Shown: positions 34,101 through 43,073, counted from the first letter of the stretch. The stretch is DNA of 54,861 nt from Anaerolineae bacterium (GCA_026645775.1 JAPKMS010000112.1:1-54861); one strand, 5' to 3'. Numbers and translations are program-made. The notes: a model not told the origin generated them from the letters alone.

Positions 34101-37100
34101 CTATCGGGGCGGCGGTTCGAGGCCCAATTGCCTGAACGCCGCATCTGCCTGGTTCAGCAGCCCAAGGCTGCGCGCATGCTCGCCGGTCGATTCTGACAGT
34201 TGCGCCAGACAGCGCTGTGTTTGCGCGGCTTCGTAGGGGTCGGCGTCTGCCAACAGCGCCAGGCTGGCCTCCAGGGCCGCTGCAGCTTCATGCGGCCGGC
34301 CCAGGCGTGCCAACGCCTGGCCCTTGACCCGCAGACCCTTGCCTTCTTCGACCGTGGCCGCTAATTGCTGCGCCGAGACAACGGAGTGTTCCGCCTGCGC
34401 CAGCGCCTCATCGGGTTGGTCCTGGCCCAGGGCCAGCAGCGCCAGACTGGCGTACGTCTCCGGCAGGATGTAGTCCCAGCCGTGCTCGGTTGCCAGCGTC
34501 TCGGCCTCGGCCAGCGCGGCGCGAGCCGGCGCCCACGCGTGCCGGCCGATGTGGAGCTGTGCCAGCACGGGCAGGGTGGTGGCGAGGTGTTCAGGGCTCC
34601 TGATCTGCCGGGAGAGGCTGACGGCTCGTTGCAAATGTTCTTCGGCGGCGCTCTCGGCGCCCTGGTGCAGGCGCAAGATGCCCAACAGGCTGTGAATACG
34701 CGCTTGCTCGCTGAGGCTGCCCAACTGCTCGGCCAACCGCAGCGCCTCCCCGTAATCCGCGCCCGCGCCGGCCCAATCGCCGCCGATCTCTTTGTCGATG
34801 GCGATGTTGCTGATGAGGCTCAGCAGCGTGATCGTGTCGTGCAGCGCGGTGCTCACTTGCACCGCCTCGCCGGTGTACTGACTGCCCCGCGCGCTATCAC
34901 CGGCCCAGGCCCAGGCCGATCCCAGGTTGTTGAGCACCGCGCCGCGCAGTTGGCTGGGCGCTGGAGGCAAGAGGGCCAAAGCCTGCTCCAGCGCGGCGAT
35001 CGCCTCCCCGTAGGTGGCCTGACCCAGCAGAATGGTGCCCTTCCGGTTATACAAGGCGGTCGTCAGATCGGATTCCTCGGCGTCAACGGCGGCCAGGCCG
35101 CGCTCGATCCAGCCCAGGGCTGTTTCAGGATCCCGGTTTGCCAGCAGCGTGCCCAGGCCCAGGCACGCGCGGGCCGTTCCGGCGCGGGCAGCCGGCGTGG
35201 CCGCCTGCGCGTGCAGCGCTGTCAGCGCGGCCTGGTAGGCCGCCTGTGCGGCCTCAGTTTCGTCGAGGAAGGCCAGGACCTCGCCGAGCGCGAGCTGAAC
35301 CTGTATGCTGGCCGCAGCCGCAAGCTGTGCCTGGCTCAGCAGCAGGAGGAGGGAGCGCAGGAGGCGCGCCTGTCCCTGGTTGATGGCAGCCCAGATATCG
35401 GCAGTCGCCAGCCTGGCAGCCCGCTCGGCTTCGCCCGCGCGTTGGTAGTGCAGCGCCGCTTTGAGCGCATCCGGCTCCTCCTGTTCGTAATATTCGCCGG
35501 CCCGCCGGTGCAGCGCCTGGCGCTCCTGGCGGCTCAATAACTCATAGTAGAAGGTCTGGACAATGGCATGCGTCAGGTATTCGTGGTCGAGGCGGCCTTC
35601 TTGCTCGCGCAACAGGAAACGGTTGGCGAGGTAGCGCAGCGTGCGTTTGAGGTTGCCGCTCGCGAGGGTCGTCTCGATGGCGCTTCGCGTGCCGGGATAG
35701 CCCAGCAAGGCGGCCACACCGCCCAGAACCAGCTTCTCGTCCGTGGTCAGGCCCCGGTCCACTTCCTGCAGGAGGTAGGTCTCGATGTCGTCCTCATCCG
35801 CCAGGCGCTTGATCACCTGTGCGGGTTGCCGGCTCCGCTGCAAAGCGTGGACTGCCAGCGTCAAGAGCTCGGCATTGCCATCCGTGTGGTGATGGAGTTC
35901 GGCCAGGAGCTCAGGTGCCAGGGCGACCGACCGCGTGCTCAGCAGCGCACGGGTGTCCTCCATGCGGAGCCCGCCCAACGGCGCGAACGCCTGGTCCCTG
36001 AACACGGTGGGCAGGCGCCGGGAGGTCACGATGAGGCTGACCTCGCCCGTCGACAGGAGGATCTGCAGCCGCTCCACGGCCTTTTCGACCAGGGGATCGC
36101 CATCGGCGTAATGGAAATCGTCCAGGCAGAGCACGTAATCTTGCCCGCGCAAGAGCTGCACCAGGTAGTCCAGCAGCACCTCGGCCGGCGGCGGCTGGCC
36201 GCCGCTTTGCCGGGCGCCTTCGAGCAGCTCCCACAGCGCCATCTGGCCGTGCCGGTAAAGCATCCCGGCCAGGCGCCAGATGATCGTCTCGATGCCTTCG
36301 CCTTCGTGAAATTGATGCCAGAAGATGCGGCTCGGGTCTGCGGCGACCTGCCGCGCCAGCCGGGCGGCCAGCACGGTCTTGCCCACGCCCGCCATGCCCG
36401 CGATGACTGCGACGTGATCGGCTGCCAGCCTGGCAGCGAAATGGGCCAACTCCTGCTCGCGGCCGACGAACCCGGCGACGCCGGGCGGCTGCTGGGGCTC
36501 CGGCGGCGCCCCCAGCGCGCCGGGCCGGGCCTTGGCGGTCTCCGGCGCGATCAGCCGGTTGTCGCCTGAACGGCTGAACAGCACGGGCGTGCCCCACGCC
36601 GGATCGTCGCCGGCCAGCTTGATCGCCTTGCGCGCTTCGCTCAGTGCCGCATCGGCGGGTAACCCATCGGCCAACGCGCGATAGAACTCCTGGGACAGGA
36701 TCAACGCGGCGCGATCGGTGATCGGGAACTGCATGGCGGCAACCGCCGGCACCCCGCCCTGCACCAGGCGTTGCGCCACCCCCGCAAAGGGATCCCTGCG
36801 GCCACCGCGCCCGGCCTCGCAGGCGTTGAGGAACACCAGGCGCAGCGGCTCGTGATCATGCAGCAACAACCCCAAGGCCGAGGCGGTGACGATGTCGGAG
36901 CCGCCCTCGCCATCCTCGAAGACCAAGCCGCCGACGTTGGCGGCCTGGTCAAAGAAGCCGTGCCCGATGAAGTGCAGCAGATGCACCGGATCGCCGCGCA
37001 ACCTGGCCTGCAACAACGCCAGGGTCGCGGATTCCAGCCGTTCCAGCACGATCAACCGGCGTTCGCTGAGCGGCTTCAGGGCCCGTTGCAGGCGCGCCCA

Positions 37101-37625
37101 CTCCTGCTCGATATCCAAGGGCCGCAGATTCCCCGGGCTGGCAGTGACGGCCAGAACGCGCAGCGGCAGATTGGAAACCAGTGGCTTTGCCGGTTCAGTA
37201 AGTTCGATGTAGCGAACGATCGGTGTGGTAATGGAGAGGGCGAACGGGTCGGGGCGGTCGGGTGCACGCAAATACTCCCATGGCCAATCGGCCAGTTCGG
37301 GCGCTGTTTTGTCCAGCCGCAGGCGAATGCGCAGGCCCAGGCCGCGGCGCGTCGCCTCATCGAGGCTGCGGCGCAAGCTGGCGCCCACTTGATCAGCCAG
37401 CGCCACACGGTAGAGCGTTTCGCCGAGAAGCTCCGGGGATGGCAGGGGCAGGTCACCGGCCGAACGATCGAAATATCCGGGCAAGGCCGCGAGTTCAGCC
37501 TCTGTGAAGGGAGCGGCGAAGTCTCGCACCGCTTCGCTGACAGGTGAGTTGAGCACCCGGGCCTGGTAGCCACCGGGTGCGCGGGTGATCAGTAGATCGA
37601 AATTCTCGTAGGTGAGGATCGTCAT
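34101..37625 (-). CDS. CHAT protease domain, NB-ARC/STAND ATPase and TPR-repeat protein
   Basis: Start at MTILTYENF. CHAT dyad HFIGHG (His codon 36961-36963) and LNACEAG (Cys codon 36819-36821). Walker A GMAGVGKT (36375-36404), Walker B VLCLDDFH. About 500 aa of TPR-like helical repeats. Confidence 0.85.
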   Translation of the reverse strand: MTILTYENFDLLITRAPGGYQARVLNSPVSEAVRDFAAPFTEAELAALPGYFDRSAGDLPLPSPELLGETLYRVALADQVGASLRRSLDEATRRGLGLRIRLRLDKTAPELADWPWEYLRAPDRPDPFALSITTPIVRYIELTEPAKPLVSNLPLRVLAVTASPGNLRPLDIEQEWARLQRALKPLSERRLIVLERLESATLALLQARLRGDPVHLLHFIGHGFFDQAANVGGLVFEDGEGGSDIVTASALGLLLHDHEPLRLVFLNACEAGRGGRRDPFAGVAQRLVQGGVPAVAAMQFPITDRAALILSQEFYRALADGLPADAALSEARKAIKLAGDDPAWGTPVLFSRSGDNRLIAPETAKARPGALGAPPEPQQPPGVAGFVGREQELAHFAARLAADHVAVIAGMAGVGKTVLAARLARQVAADPSRIFWHQFHEGEGIETIIWRLAGMLYRHGQMALWELLEGARQSGGQPPPAEVLLDYLVQLLRGQDYVLCLDDFHYADGDPLVEKAVERLQILLSTGEVSLIVTSRRLPTVFRDQAFAPLGGLRMEDTRALLSTRSVALAPELLAELHHHTDGNAELLTLAVHALQRSRQPAQVIKRLADEDDIETYLLQEVDRGLTTDEKLVLGGVAALLGYPGTRSAIETTLASGNLKRTLRYLANRFLLREQEGRLDHEYLTHAIVQTFYYELLSRQERQALHRRAGEYYEQEEPDALKAALHYQRAGEAERAARLATADIWAAINQGQARLLRSLLLLLSQAQLAAAASIQVQLALGEVLAFLDETEAAQAAYQAALTALHAQAATPAARAGTARACLGLGTLLANRDPETALGWIERGLAAVDAEESDLTTALYNRKGTILLGQATYGEAIAALEQALALLPPAPSQLRGAVLNNLGSAWAWAGDSARGSQYTGEAVQVSTALHDTITLLSLISNIAIDKEIGGDWAGAGADYGEALRLAEQLGSLSEQARIHSLLGILRLHQGAESAAEEHLQRAVSLSRQIRSPEHLATTLPVLAQLHIGRHAWAPARAALAEAETLATEHGWDYILPETYASLALLALGQDQPDEALAQAEHSVVSAQQLAATVEEGKGLRVKGQALARLGRPHEAAAALEASLALLADADPYEAAQTQRCLAQLSESTGEHARSLGLLNQADAAFRQLGLEPPPR

Positions 37626-37863
37626 GGCGCACCCGCCGAAGCAAGAGACATCATCTGCAGCGTGCCTTCCTGCGGAGCCCGCGCGGTCGTCGGTCAGTGG
37701 CCAGGGTCTCAATTATTGGTATGTTATTCGTGAACTTGATGGGATGAGTGTGCCACAGGAAAACATACCTGTCAAGAGGGCCAACGGCGCCTCATGTGGG
37801 CAGCCCGGCCTGGCAATTGAAGTTGCGGTCACCCTTTGCAAGTATCTGCTCAATGATCCGGGG

Positions 37864-37902
37864 CGACGTGCCTGGCACTTCGGCAAAGTGCCAGGCACGT
37901 CG
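37864..37902. repeat. 17-bp perfect inverted repeat in the CHAT / radical-SAM divergent intergenic region
   Basis: CGACGTGCCTGGCACTT, loop CGGCA, AAGTGCCAGGCACGTCG. Each arm contains a nested palindrome GTGCC-W-GGCAC. Confidence 0.5.
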
Positions 37903-37978
37903 GTACAAAGTCTAACCTAACGAGGCGCTAGACGGCGAGGGCAAGATCGATTATAATCTCCGCCGATCGGAGAGACCA

Positions 37979-39226
37979 TTGATCATAAAAATTGACGAGG
38001 CGGGGCGCCTGCAAATTCCTTCCGAAGTGGCCGCCCAATATGGTCTGCGGCCCGGCGCAACGGTGCAGATCGACGAGAGTGGCGCCGGCTTACATTTGCG
38101 CCGGCCGGTCACCAGCCTGGCCAAGCTCTACATCGAGCCGACTGTGCGCTGCAATTTGGCCTGCCGCACCTGCATCCGCAATATCTGGGATGAGCCGGGC
38201 GGCGATATGACCGATGCCACGTTTGCGCGGGTGCTGGCCGGGCTGCGCGCCCTCCCCGGAGCGGCCGAATTTCCGCCGACGATCTTCTTCGGCGGTTTCG
38301 GTGAGCCATTAACCCATCCGCACATCGTCGAGATGGCCGCCGAGATGAAGGCACTCGGCTGCCCGGTTGAGCTGATCACCAACGGGATCTTGCTGACGGA
38401 GCAAATGTCCCGCCGGCTGATTGCGGCCGGGATCGACCGGTTGTGGGTGTCGTTGGATGGCGCCCGGCCGGAGAGCTACGCCGACGTGCGTCTCGGCGCC
38501 GCGCTGCCGACCGTGCTGGCCAACGTCGGTCGCTTCAGAGACCTGCGGTCCCTCCGACGCCCGCGCCGGCCGGAGATCGGCATCGCTTTTGTTGCCATGC
38601 GGCAGAATATCACCGACCTGCCTCAGGTGCTTGCCCTGGGCGACCAATTGGGGGCTGTCCACTTCCTGGTGACTAACGTGCTGCCCTACACCGCCGAGAT
38701 GCGCAGCGAGATCCTCTATGGTCGCACCTTGACCGACATCTGTTACCTGCGCTCGCCCTGGACGCCGCGCCTGGTGCTGCCGAAAATCGACGTGGATGAG
38801 CACACGGCGGCCACGCTTTACCGGGTCATGCGCAGCGATCGCAACATCAGCTTCCTGGATTATCCCCTCAGCAGCGCCAACGATCGCTGTCCGTTTATCG
38901 AGGCCGGCGCAGCGGTGATCGGCTGGGACGGCGGCCTCAGCCCTTGTCTGCCCCTTCTGCACGATCACACCAGTTACCTGAATGATCGGGAGCGCCGTTC
39001 CCGCCGGCATATCATCGGTAAGTTATCGGAGCATAGCTTGGGCGAGTTGTGGTATGCGCCTGGGCATATCGCTTTCCGCGAGCGTGTGCAGGCTTTCGAC
39101 TTTTCCCCGTGCACCTTCTGCGGCGGCTGCGATTACAGCCTGGCCAACGAGGAGGATTGTTTCGGGAACGGGTTCCCCACGTGCGGCGGCTGCTTATGGG
39201 CGCAAGGTTTGATTCGCTGCCCGTGA
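37979..39226 (+). CDS. Radical SAM/SPASM protein with an N-terminal AbrB/SpoVT-like domain (likely tungsten-cofactor oxidoreductase maturase, Cmo-like)
   Basis: IIKIDEAGRLQIPSEVAAQYGLRPG is the AbrB-like swapped hairpin. CNLACRTC is the CX3CX2C motif. A C-terminal Cys-rich SPASM region is present (CPFIEAG..., CTFCGGCDYS, CGGC). TTG start. Adjacent to aor. Confidence 0.8.
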   Translation: MIIKIDEAGRLQIPSEVAAQYGLRPGATVQIDESGAGLHLRRPVTSLAKLYIEPTVRCNLACRTCIRNIWDEPGGDMTDATFARVLAGLRALPGAAEFPPTIFFGGFGEPLTHPHIVEMAAEMKALGCPVELITNGILLTEQMSRRLIAAGIDRLWVSLDGARPESYADVRLGAALPTVLANVGRFRDLRSLRRPRRPEIGIAFVAMRQNITDLPQVLALGDQLGAVHFLVTNVLPYTAEMRSEILYGRTLTDICYLRSPWTPRLVLPKIDVDEHTAATLYRVMRSDRNISFLDYPLSSANDRCPFIEAGAAVIGWDGGLSPCLPLLHDHTSYLNDRERRSRRHIIGKLSEHSLGELWYAPGHIAFRERVQAFDFSPCTFCGGCDYSLANEEDCFGNGFPTCGGCLWAQGLIRCP

Positions 39227-39248
39227 CCGCAGGATCGGAGGGTGCTCC

Positions 39249-39605
39249 ATGACGTTTTTGGCCAGCCCGTCAGCGCTGACCGCGCACACCAATCTGTGGA
39301 TCGAAGCGAACGGCAAGGTTGTACTGAGCCGATGGCGCGTTCAGCTCCTGGAAGCTGTGGCTGAGACCGGTTCGATCAGCGCGGCCGCGGAGCGGCTGCA
39401 GATCCAGTATCGCCTGGCCTGGGAGCGCCTGGAAGAGATGGAAGAGGGTCTCGGCACCCATCTGCTTGACCGGCACGCAGGCGGCGCAGGCGGTGGCGGC
39501 GCACAACTCACTGCGGCGGCCCTCGACCTGGTGGCACGCTTCAATCGGCTGGCCGCTGAAGTCGATGCCTGTCTTGATGAAGAATTCCGACAGGCGTTTG
39601 CGTAA
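39249..39605 (+). CDS. ModE N-terminal-like (LysR-type wHTH) regulator
   Basis: 118 aa. RVQLLEAVAETGSISAAAERLQIQYRLAWERLEEME..LG..LLDR...GGGGAQLT is the ModE N-domain pattern. No TOBE domains. Confidence 0.7.
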   Translation: MTFLASPSALTAHTNLWIEANGKVVLSRWRVQLLEAVAETGSISAAAERLQIQYRLAWERLEEMEEGLGTHLLDRHAGGAGGGGAQLTAAALDLVARFNRLAAEVDACLDEEFRQAFA

Positions 39606-39632
39606 AGCCCGCCGCCGCCCTCCTCAGATGAT

Positions 39633-39661
39633 TTGCACCTCTGGGCGCTTACGCGTATAAT
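39633..39661 (+). promoter_or_regulatory. Near-consensus sigma70-like promoter for aor
   Basis: TTGCAC (39633-39638), 17 nt, TATAAT (39656-39661). It lies ~275 nt upstream of the aor ATG. Confidence 0.5.
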
Positions 39662-39804
39662 GCTGAATGTAGGTTGACTTACGTTATTGTTGTCTGTTTA
39701 CGTTTTTGCAGGTAACCGCTAGGATACTTGCTATGCCGCACAATTCGTTCCCGCCGCTTTCATCGCACGGCCCTGGGACGATCCATTCATCTCAGGTTCC
39801 AACA

Positions 39805-39852
39805 GCCGGGGGGCGCTATGTAGAGAGAACATAGCGTTCCACGGCTTTTTTG
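39805..39852 (+). terminator. Intrinsic-terminator-like hairpin plus T6 inside the aor leader (attenuator candidate)
   Basis: GCCGGGGG-CGCTATGT-AGAGAGA-ACATAGCG-TTCCACGGC, followed by TTTTTT (39846-39851). About 16 bp pair, counting G-U pairs and one bulge. Confidence 0.5.
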
Positions 39853-39936
39853 TTGTCGGTTCTCTCACTGATTCGGCTATCTGCCGCTAACCTCTGGTCA
39901 ATATCCGTCACACATCCAATGAAGGAGGAAGCTACG

Positions 39937-41766
39937 ATGCAACTAGGTGGTTATGCTAACAAGGTCGCCTGGATCGACCTGGCTCAGGGCACGATCGAAT
40001 ACAAACCGATCGCCGAGGAAGATGCGCGCAAGTACATCGGCGCCCGGGGCCTGGGGGTGAAGTACGTCTTCGATAACGGCCCGCAGGTGGAGGCCCTTTC
40101 CCCCGACAATATCCTCTGCTTTCTGAACGGTCCCCTGACCGGGACCGATGTGAACCTGAGCGGCCGCATGGCCGTCGTCACCAAGTCGCCGCTCACCGGC
40201 ACCGTGACCGACTCGCATCACGGTGGGTGGTCGGCGGCCCGGCTCAAGTGGGCGGGGTTCGATGGCCTGGTCTTCAAGGGCAAGGCCGAAAAGCCAGTTT
40301 ATGCCTACGTGGAAAGCGGGCAGGTGACGCTGCACGATGCCAGTGATCTGTGGGGTAAGCACGTCCATGAGACGATCAAGATCCTGCAGGAACGGCACGG
40401 CGGCAAAGACCTCAGCGTCATCACCATCGGCCCCGCGGGCGAGAACCTGGTGAAGTTCGCGAACTGGATGAACGAGAATGACCGTTCCTCTGGCCGCGGC
40501 GGCACCGGCTGCGTGGGCGGCAGCAAGAACCTGAAGGCTATCGTCATCAAGGGCGTGCACAGCGATCGCCCGCGACCTGTGGACAAGGAGGCTTTCAAGG
40601 CCGCGCAGAAGGTCGCGCTGCAACAGCTCATGGATGAGCGGGTGTTGACCGCACCGCGCAAGGGTGGTTTGTCGGTTTATGGCACCAACGTGCTGACGAA
40701 TATCACGAGCAACATGGGCGCGTTGCCCACGCGTAACGCCCAGGTGACCTCGTTCGGCGAGCGCGCTGAGCTGATCAGCGGCGAGCACGTCAAGGCGACG
40801 ATCCTCGTAAACGATCCCACCTGCCATGCCTGCCCGGTGGCATGTAAGAAAGAGGTCGAGGTCAAAGAAGGGCCATTCAAGGTGCACATGGAGAGCGTCG
40901 AGTACGAACCGGCCTGGTCGGTGGGCGCCATGTGCGATAACGACGACATCGGAGCGGTTGCGTACATGATCGACCGCGCCAACGATTACGGGTTTGATGC
41001 GATCGAGATCGGCACCGTGTTGTCGATGTACATGGAATATACGCAGCGTGGCTGCGCGGTCGCCGGTGAGGGCCTGATGTGGGGTGACACGCACGGAATG
41101 GTGCGGATGGCCCACATGATCGCGTTCCGCGAAGGCGTGGGCAACATCCTGGCTGAAGGCACGGGCAAGGCCGCGGCACTGCTGGGCGTCCCGGAGCTTG
41201 GTATGCACGCCAAGGGCCAGGGCATCCCGGCTTACGACCCGCGCGGCATCAAGGGCATGGGCCTGGGTTATGCCACCTCGAACCGCGGCGCGTGCCATCT
41301 GCGCGGCTATTCGCCGGCGGCCGAGGTCGCGGGCAACGTGCTGGGGCCCGGCGGGAAAGTGGACCCGCTGGAATGGGAGGGCAAGGGCAAGCTGCTCTTC
41401 ATCTTCCAGAATGTCCACGCCATGACCGACTGCCTGGACGTGTGCAAGTTCTCCACGTTCTCCGAGTCGCTGGATTCGTTTGCTGCGCAGTTCGAGGCGA
41501 TCACCGGGCTGCCCTGCACCGCAGGCGATTTGTTGACTGCCGGCGAGCGGGTGTACAACCTGGAGCGCTACTACAACAATCTGAACGGCTTCCGCGAGGG
41601 CAGCGACACTCTGCCCAAGCGGTTCCTGGAGGAAGCCTCCACCATGCCCGGCTCCAAGGGCCATGTCTGTGAGCTGGACCAGATGCTGGCCGAGTACTAC
41701 GAAGCACGCGGCTGGGTGAACGGTGTGGTGCCCGAGGCCAAGCTGAAGGAATTGGGGATCATCTAG
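39937..41766 (+). CDS. aor: Tungsten-containing aldehyde:ferredoxin oxidoreductase (AOR family)
   Basis: Start at MQLGGYANKVAWIDL, with GAAGGAGGAAG as RBS. AOR N-domain blocks GARGLG, GPLTGT..SGR..VVTKSPLTG. 4Fe-4S Cys residues in C.AC..ACKK. GIPAYDPRG..G.GLGYATSNRGACH. Confidence 0.9.
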   Translation: MQLGGYANKVAWIDLAQGTIEYKPIAEEDARKYIGARGLGVKYVFDNGPQVEALSPDNILCFLNGPLTGTDVNLSGRMAVVTKSPLTGTVTDSHHGGWSAARLKWAGFDGLVFKGKAEKPVYAYVESGQVTLHDASDLWGKHVHETIKILQERHGGKDLSVITIGPAGENLVKFANWMNENDRSSGRGGTGCVGGSKNLKAIVIKGVHSDRPRPVDKEAFKAAQKVALQQLMDERVLTAPRKGGLSVYGTNVLTNITSNMGALPTRNAQVTSFGERAELISGEHVKATILVNDPTCHACPVACKKEVEVKEGPFKVHMESVEYEPAWSVGAMCDNDDIGAVAYMIDRANDYGFDAIEIGTVLSMYMEYTQRGCAVAGEGLMWGDTHGMVRMAHMIAFREGVGNILAEGTGKAAALLGVPELGMHAKGQGIPAYDPRGIKGMGLGYATSNRGACHLRGYSPAAEVAGNVLGPGGKVDPLEWEGKGKLLFIFQNVHAMTDCLDVCKFSTFSESLDSFAAQFEAITGLPCTAGDLLTAGERVYNLERYYNNLNGFREGSDTLPKRFLEEASTMPGSKGHVCELDQMLAEYYEARGWVNGVVPEAKLKELGII

Positions 41767-41785
41767 CCCATCCTCAGGCAGAGCG

Positions 41786-41829
41786 GGCCGGCGGCGAGAA
41801 ACCAGGTTTTTCGCCGCCGGCCTTGTTTT
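41786..41829 (+). terminator. Rho-independent terminator after aor
   Basis: GGCCGGCGGCGA (41786-41797), loop, TCGCCGCCGGCC (41811-41822), then TTGTTTT. Confidence 0.6.
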
Positions 41830-41918
41830 AGCGCGGCGGTTGGAAATCCGTCCGGTTTGTGATAGTATACCGCCGCCCAATCCGGGCATCTCTTCAGCTA
41901 GATCGGGAAGGCGAATCG

Positions 41919-42179
41919 ATGATCGTCGTCGAAGTGCGTTTTTTTGGTGGCCAGCACCTGTTCACGCGCCGGCTCAGCCCGGAGATCGAACGCGGCCTAC
42001 CGAACGTGACGCTCCCCGACGGCGCAACCGCCGATGATTTGCTCAAGCTTCTCGGCATCCCAACCGGCGCCGGCCGGCCGTTTGTCAGCGTAAATCGTTT
42101 TGTGCGCCGCGATAACGTGCTCCTTGCAGATGGTGACAAGGTGCAGCTCATTGCTACAGTGCTCGGTGGTGCACGCTAA
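41919..42179 (+). CDS. MoaD/ThiS-like ubiquitin-fold sulfur carrier with a GG-AR C-terminus
   Basis: 86 aa from MIVVEVRFFGG. It ends ...DGDKVQLIATVLGGAR*. The beta-grasp pattern is present, with the Gly-Gly followed by two extra residues. Confidence 0.55.
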   Translation: MIVVEVRFFGGQHLFTRRLSPEIERGLPNVTLPDGATADDLLKLLGIPTGAGRPFVSVNRFVRRDNVLLADGDKVQLIATVLGGAR

Positions 42180-42204
42180 TACTCCCGAGACGGAGGTGAA
42201 ATTC

Positions 42205-43062
42205 ATGGCAAGATTCGATTACGTGCGAGCCCATTCCATTGCGGAAGCGCTCCAACTTCTCGGCGAGGCAGGGCTGATCAGCCGCCCGCTGGCGGGCGGG
42301 ACCGATGTGATGGTCTTTGTCCGGAATGAGAAGCCGCCCTTCGACCGGCTGGTCGACATCAGCCGTGTCCCGGAGATGAAGATCATCGAACGCCGCGGGG
42401 ATGAGGTCTTCATCGGCGCCGCGGTGACCTTCACTGAGGCGGAGCAGAACGCACTGCTGCGCGAGGTGGCGGGTTGCCTGGCCGAGGCGTGCCGGTCGGT
42501 GGGCGGGCCTGCCGTCCGCAACGCCGGGACGCTGGGCGGCAACGTCGCCAACGCCGCCGCGTGCGCGGACTCCCTCCCCGCGTTGGCCTGTCTGGACGCC
42601 GTGGCCCATGTCCGTAGCCTGACGGGCGAGCGGTCCTTTCTCCTCAATGAGCTGATCCAGGGCGCCAACCGCACCGCCATCCGGCCCGGCGAGCTGCTAA
42701 CCCACTTCACCTTCCCCGTGCCGCCTGCGGGCGTCCGCTCGGCGTTCCTCAAGCTGGGGCGGCGTAACGCGCAAGCCATTTCCCGGTTGAGCATGGCCGC
42801 GGCAGGCCGCCTGGATGCGGCGGGCCGCGTCGACTACGCGCGGCTGGCTCCCGGCGCCGCAATGCCGCGGCCGCAGCGCTTCACCGAGGTCGAAGCCCTG
42901 CTGCTGGGGCAGGCGCCCACTGACGAGTTGTTGGCTGCCGCGGGCGCCAAGACCGCCGAAGTGATGATCGGCGTCACCGGCCGCCGGTGGTCCACGGAGT
43001 ACAAGGAAATTGCGATCCAGGCCATGGCCGAGCAGACGCTGCGCCGTGTGTTGTGCCAGTGA
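42205..43062 (+). CDS. FAD-binding subunit of a xanthine dehydrogenase/CO dehydrogenase-family molybdoenzyme (CoxM/XdhB-like)
   Basis: MARFDYVRAHSIAEALQLL...LAGGTDVMV...GAAVT...RNAGTLGGNVANA. GGAGGTG RBS. Confidence 0.85.
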   Translation: MARFDYVRAHSIAEALQLLGEAGLISRPLAGGTDVMVFVRNEKPPFDRLVDISRVPEMKIIERRGDEVFIGAAVTFTEAEQNALLREVAGCLAEACRSVGGPAVRNAGTLGGNVANAAACADSLPALACLDAVAHVRSLTGERSFLLNELIQGANRTAIRPGELLTHFTFPVPPAGVRSAFLKLGRRNAQAISRLSMAAAGRLDAAGRVDYARLAPGAAMPRPQRFTEVEALLLGQAPTDELLAAAGAKTAEVMIGVTGRRWSTEYKEIAIQAMAEQTLRRVLCQ

Positions 43063-43073
43063 AAGGTGTTCCG

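Noticed and set aside
37612-37920. 102-aa plus-strand and 61-aa minus-strand ORFs in the CHAT / radical-SAM intergenic region
   Set aside because: Neither has an RBS or a recognisable motif, and both span the 17-bp palindrome. They are more likely non-coding regulatory DNA.
39662-39804. Possible Moco (molybdenum/tungsten cofactor) riboswitch aptamer in the aor leader
   Set aside because: I could not find the conserved Moco-motif core as I recall it (CCGAGCC-type block and flanking pairings). I therefore report only a generic attenuator candidate. A covariance-model search is needed.
39943-41889. 648-aa minus-strand ORF
   Set aside because: It is antisense to the AOR gene, which has unmistakable AOR motifs and a strong RBS. 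No motifs are recognisable in the antisense product.
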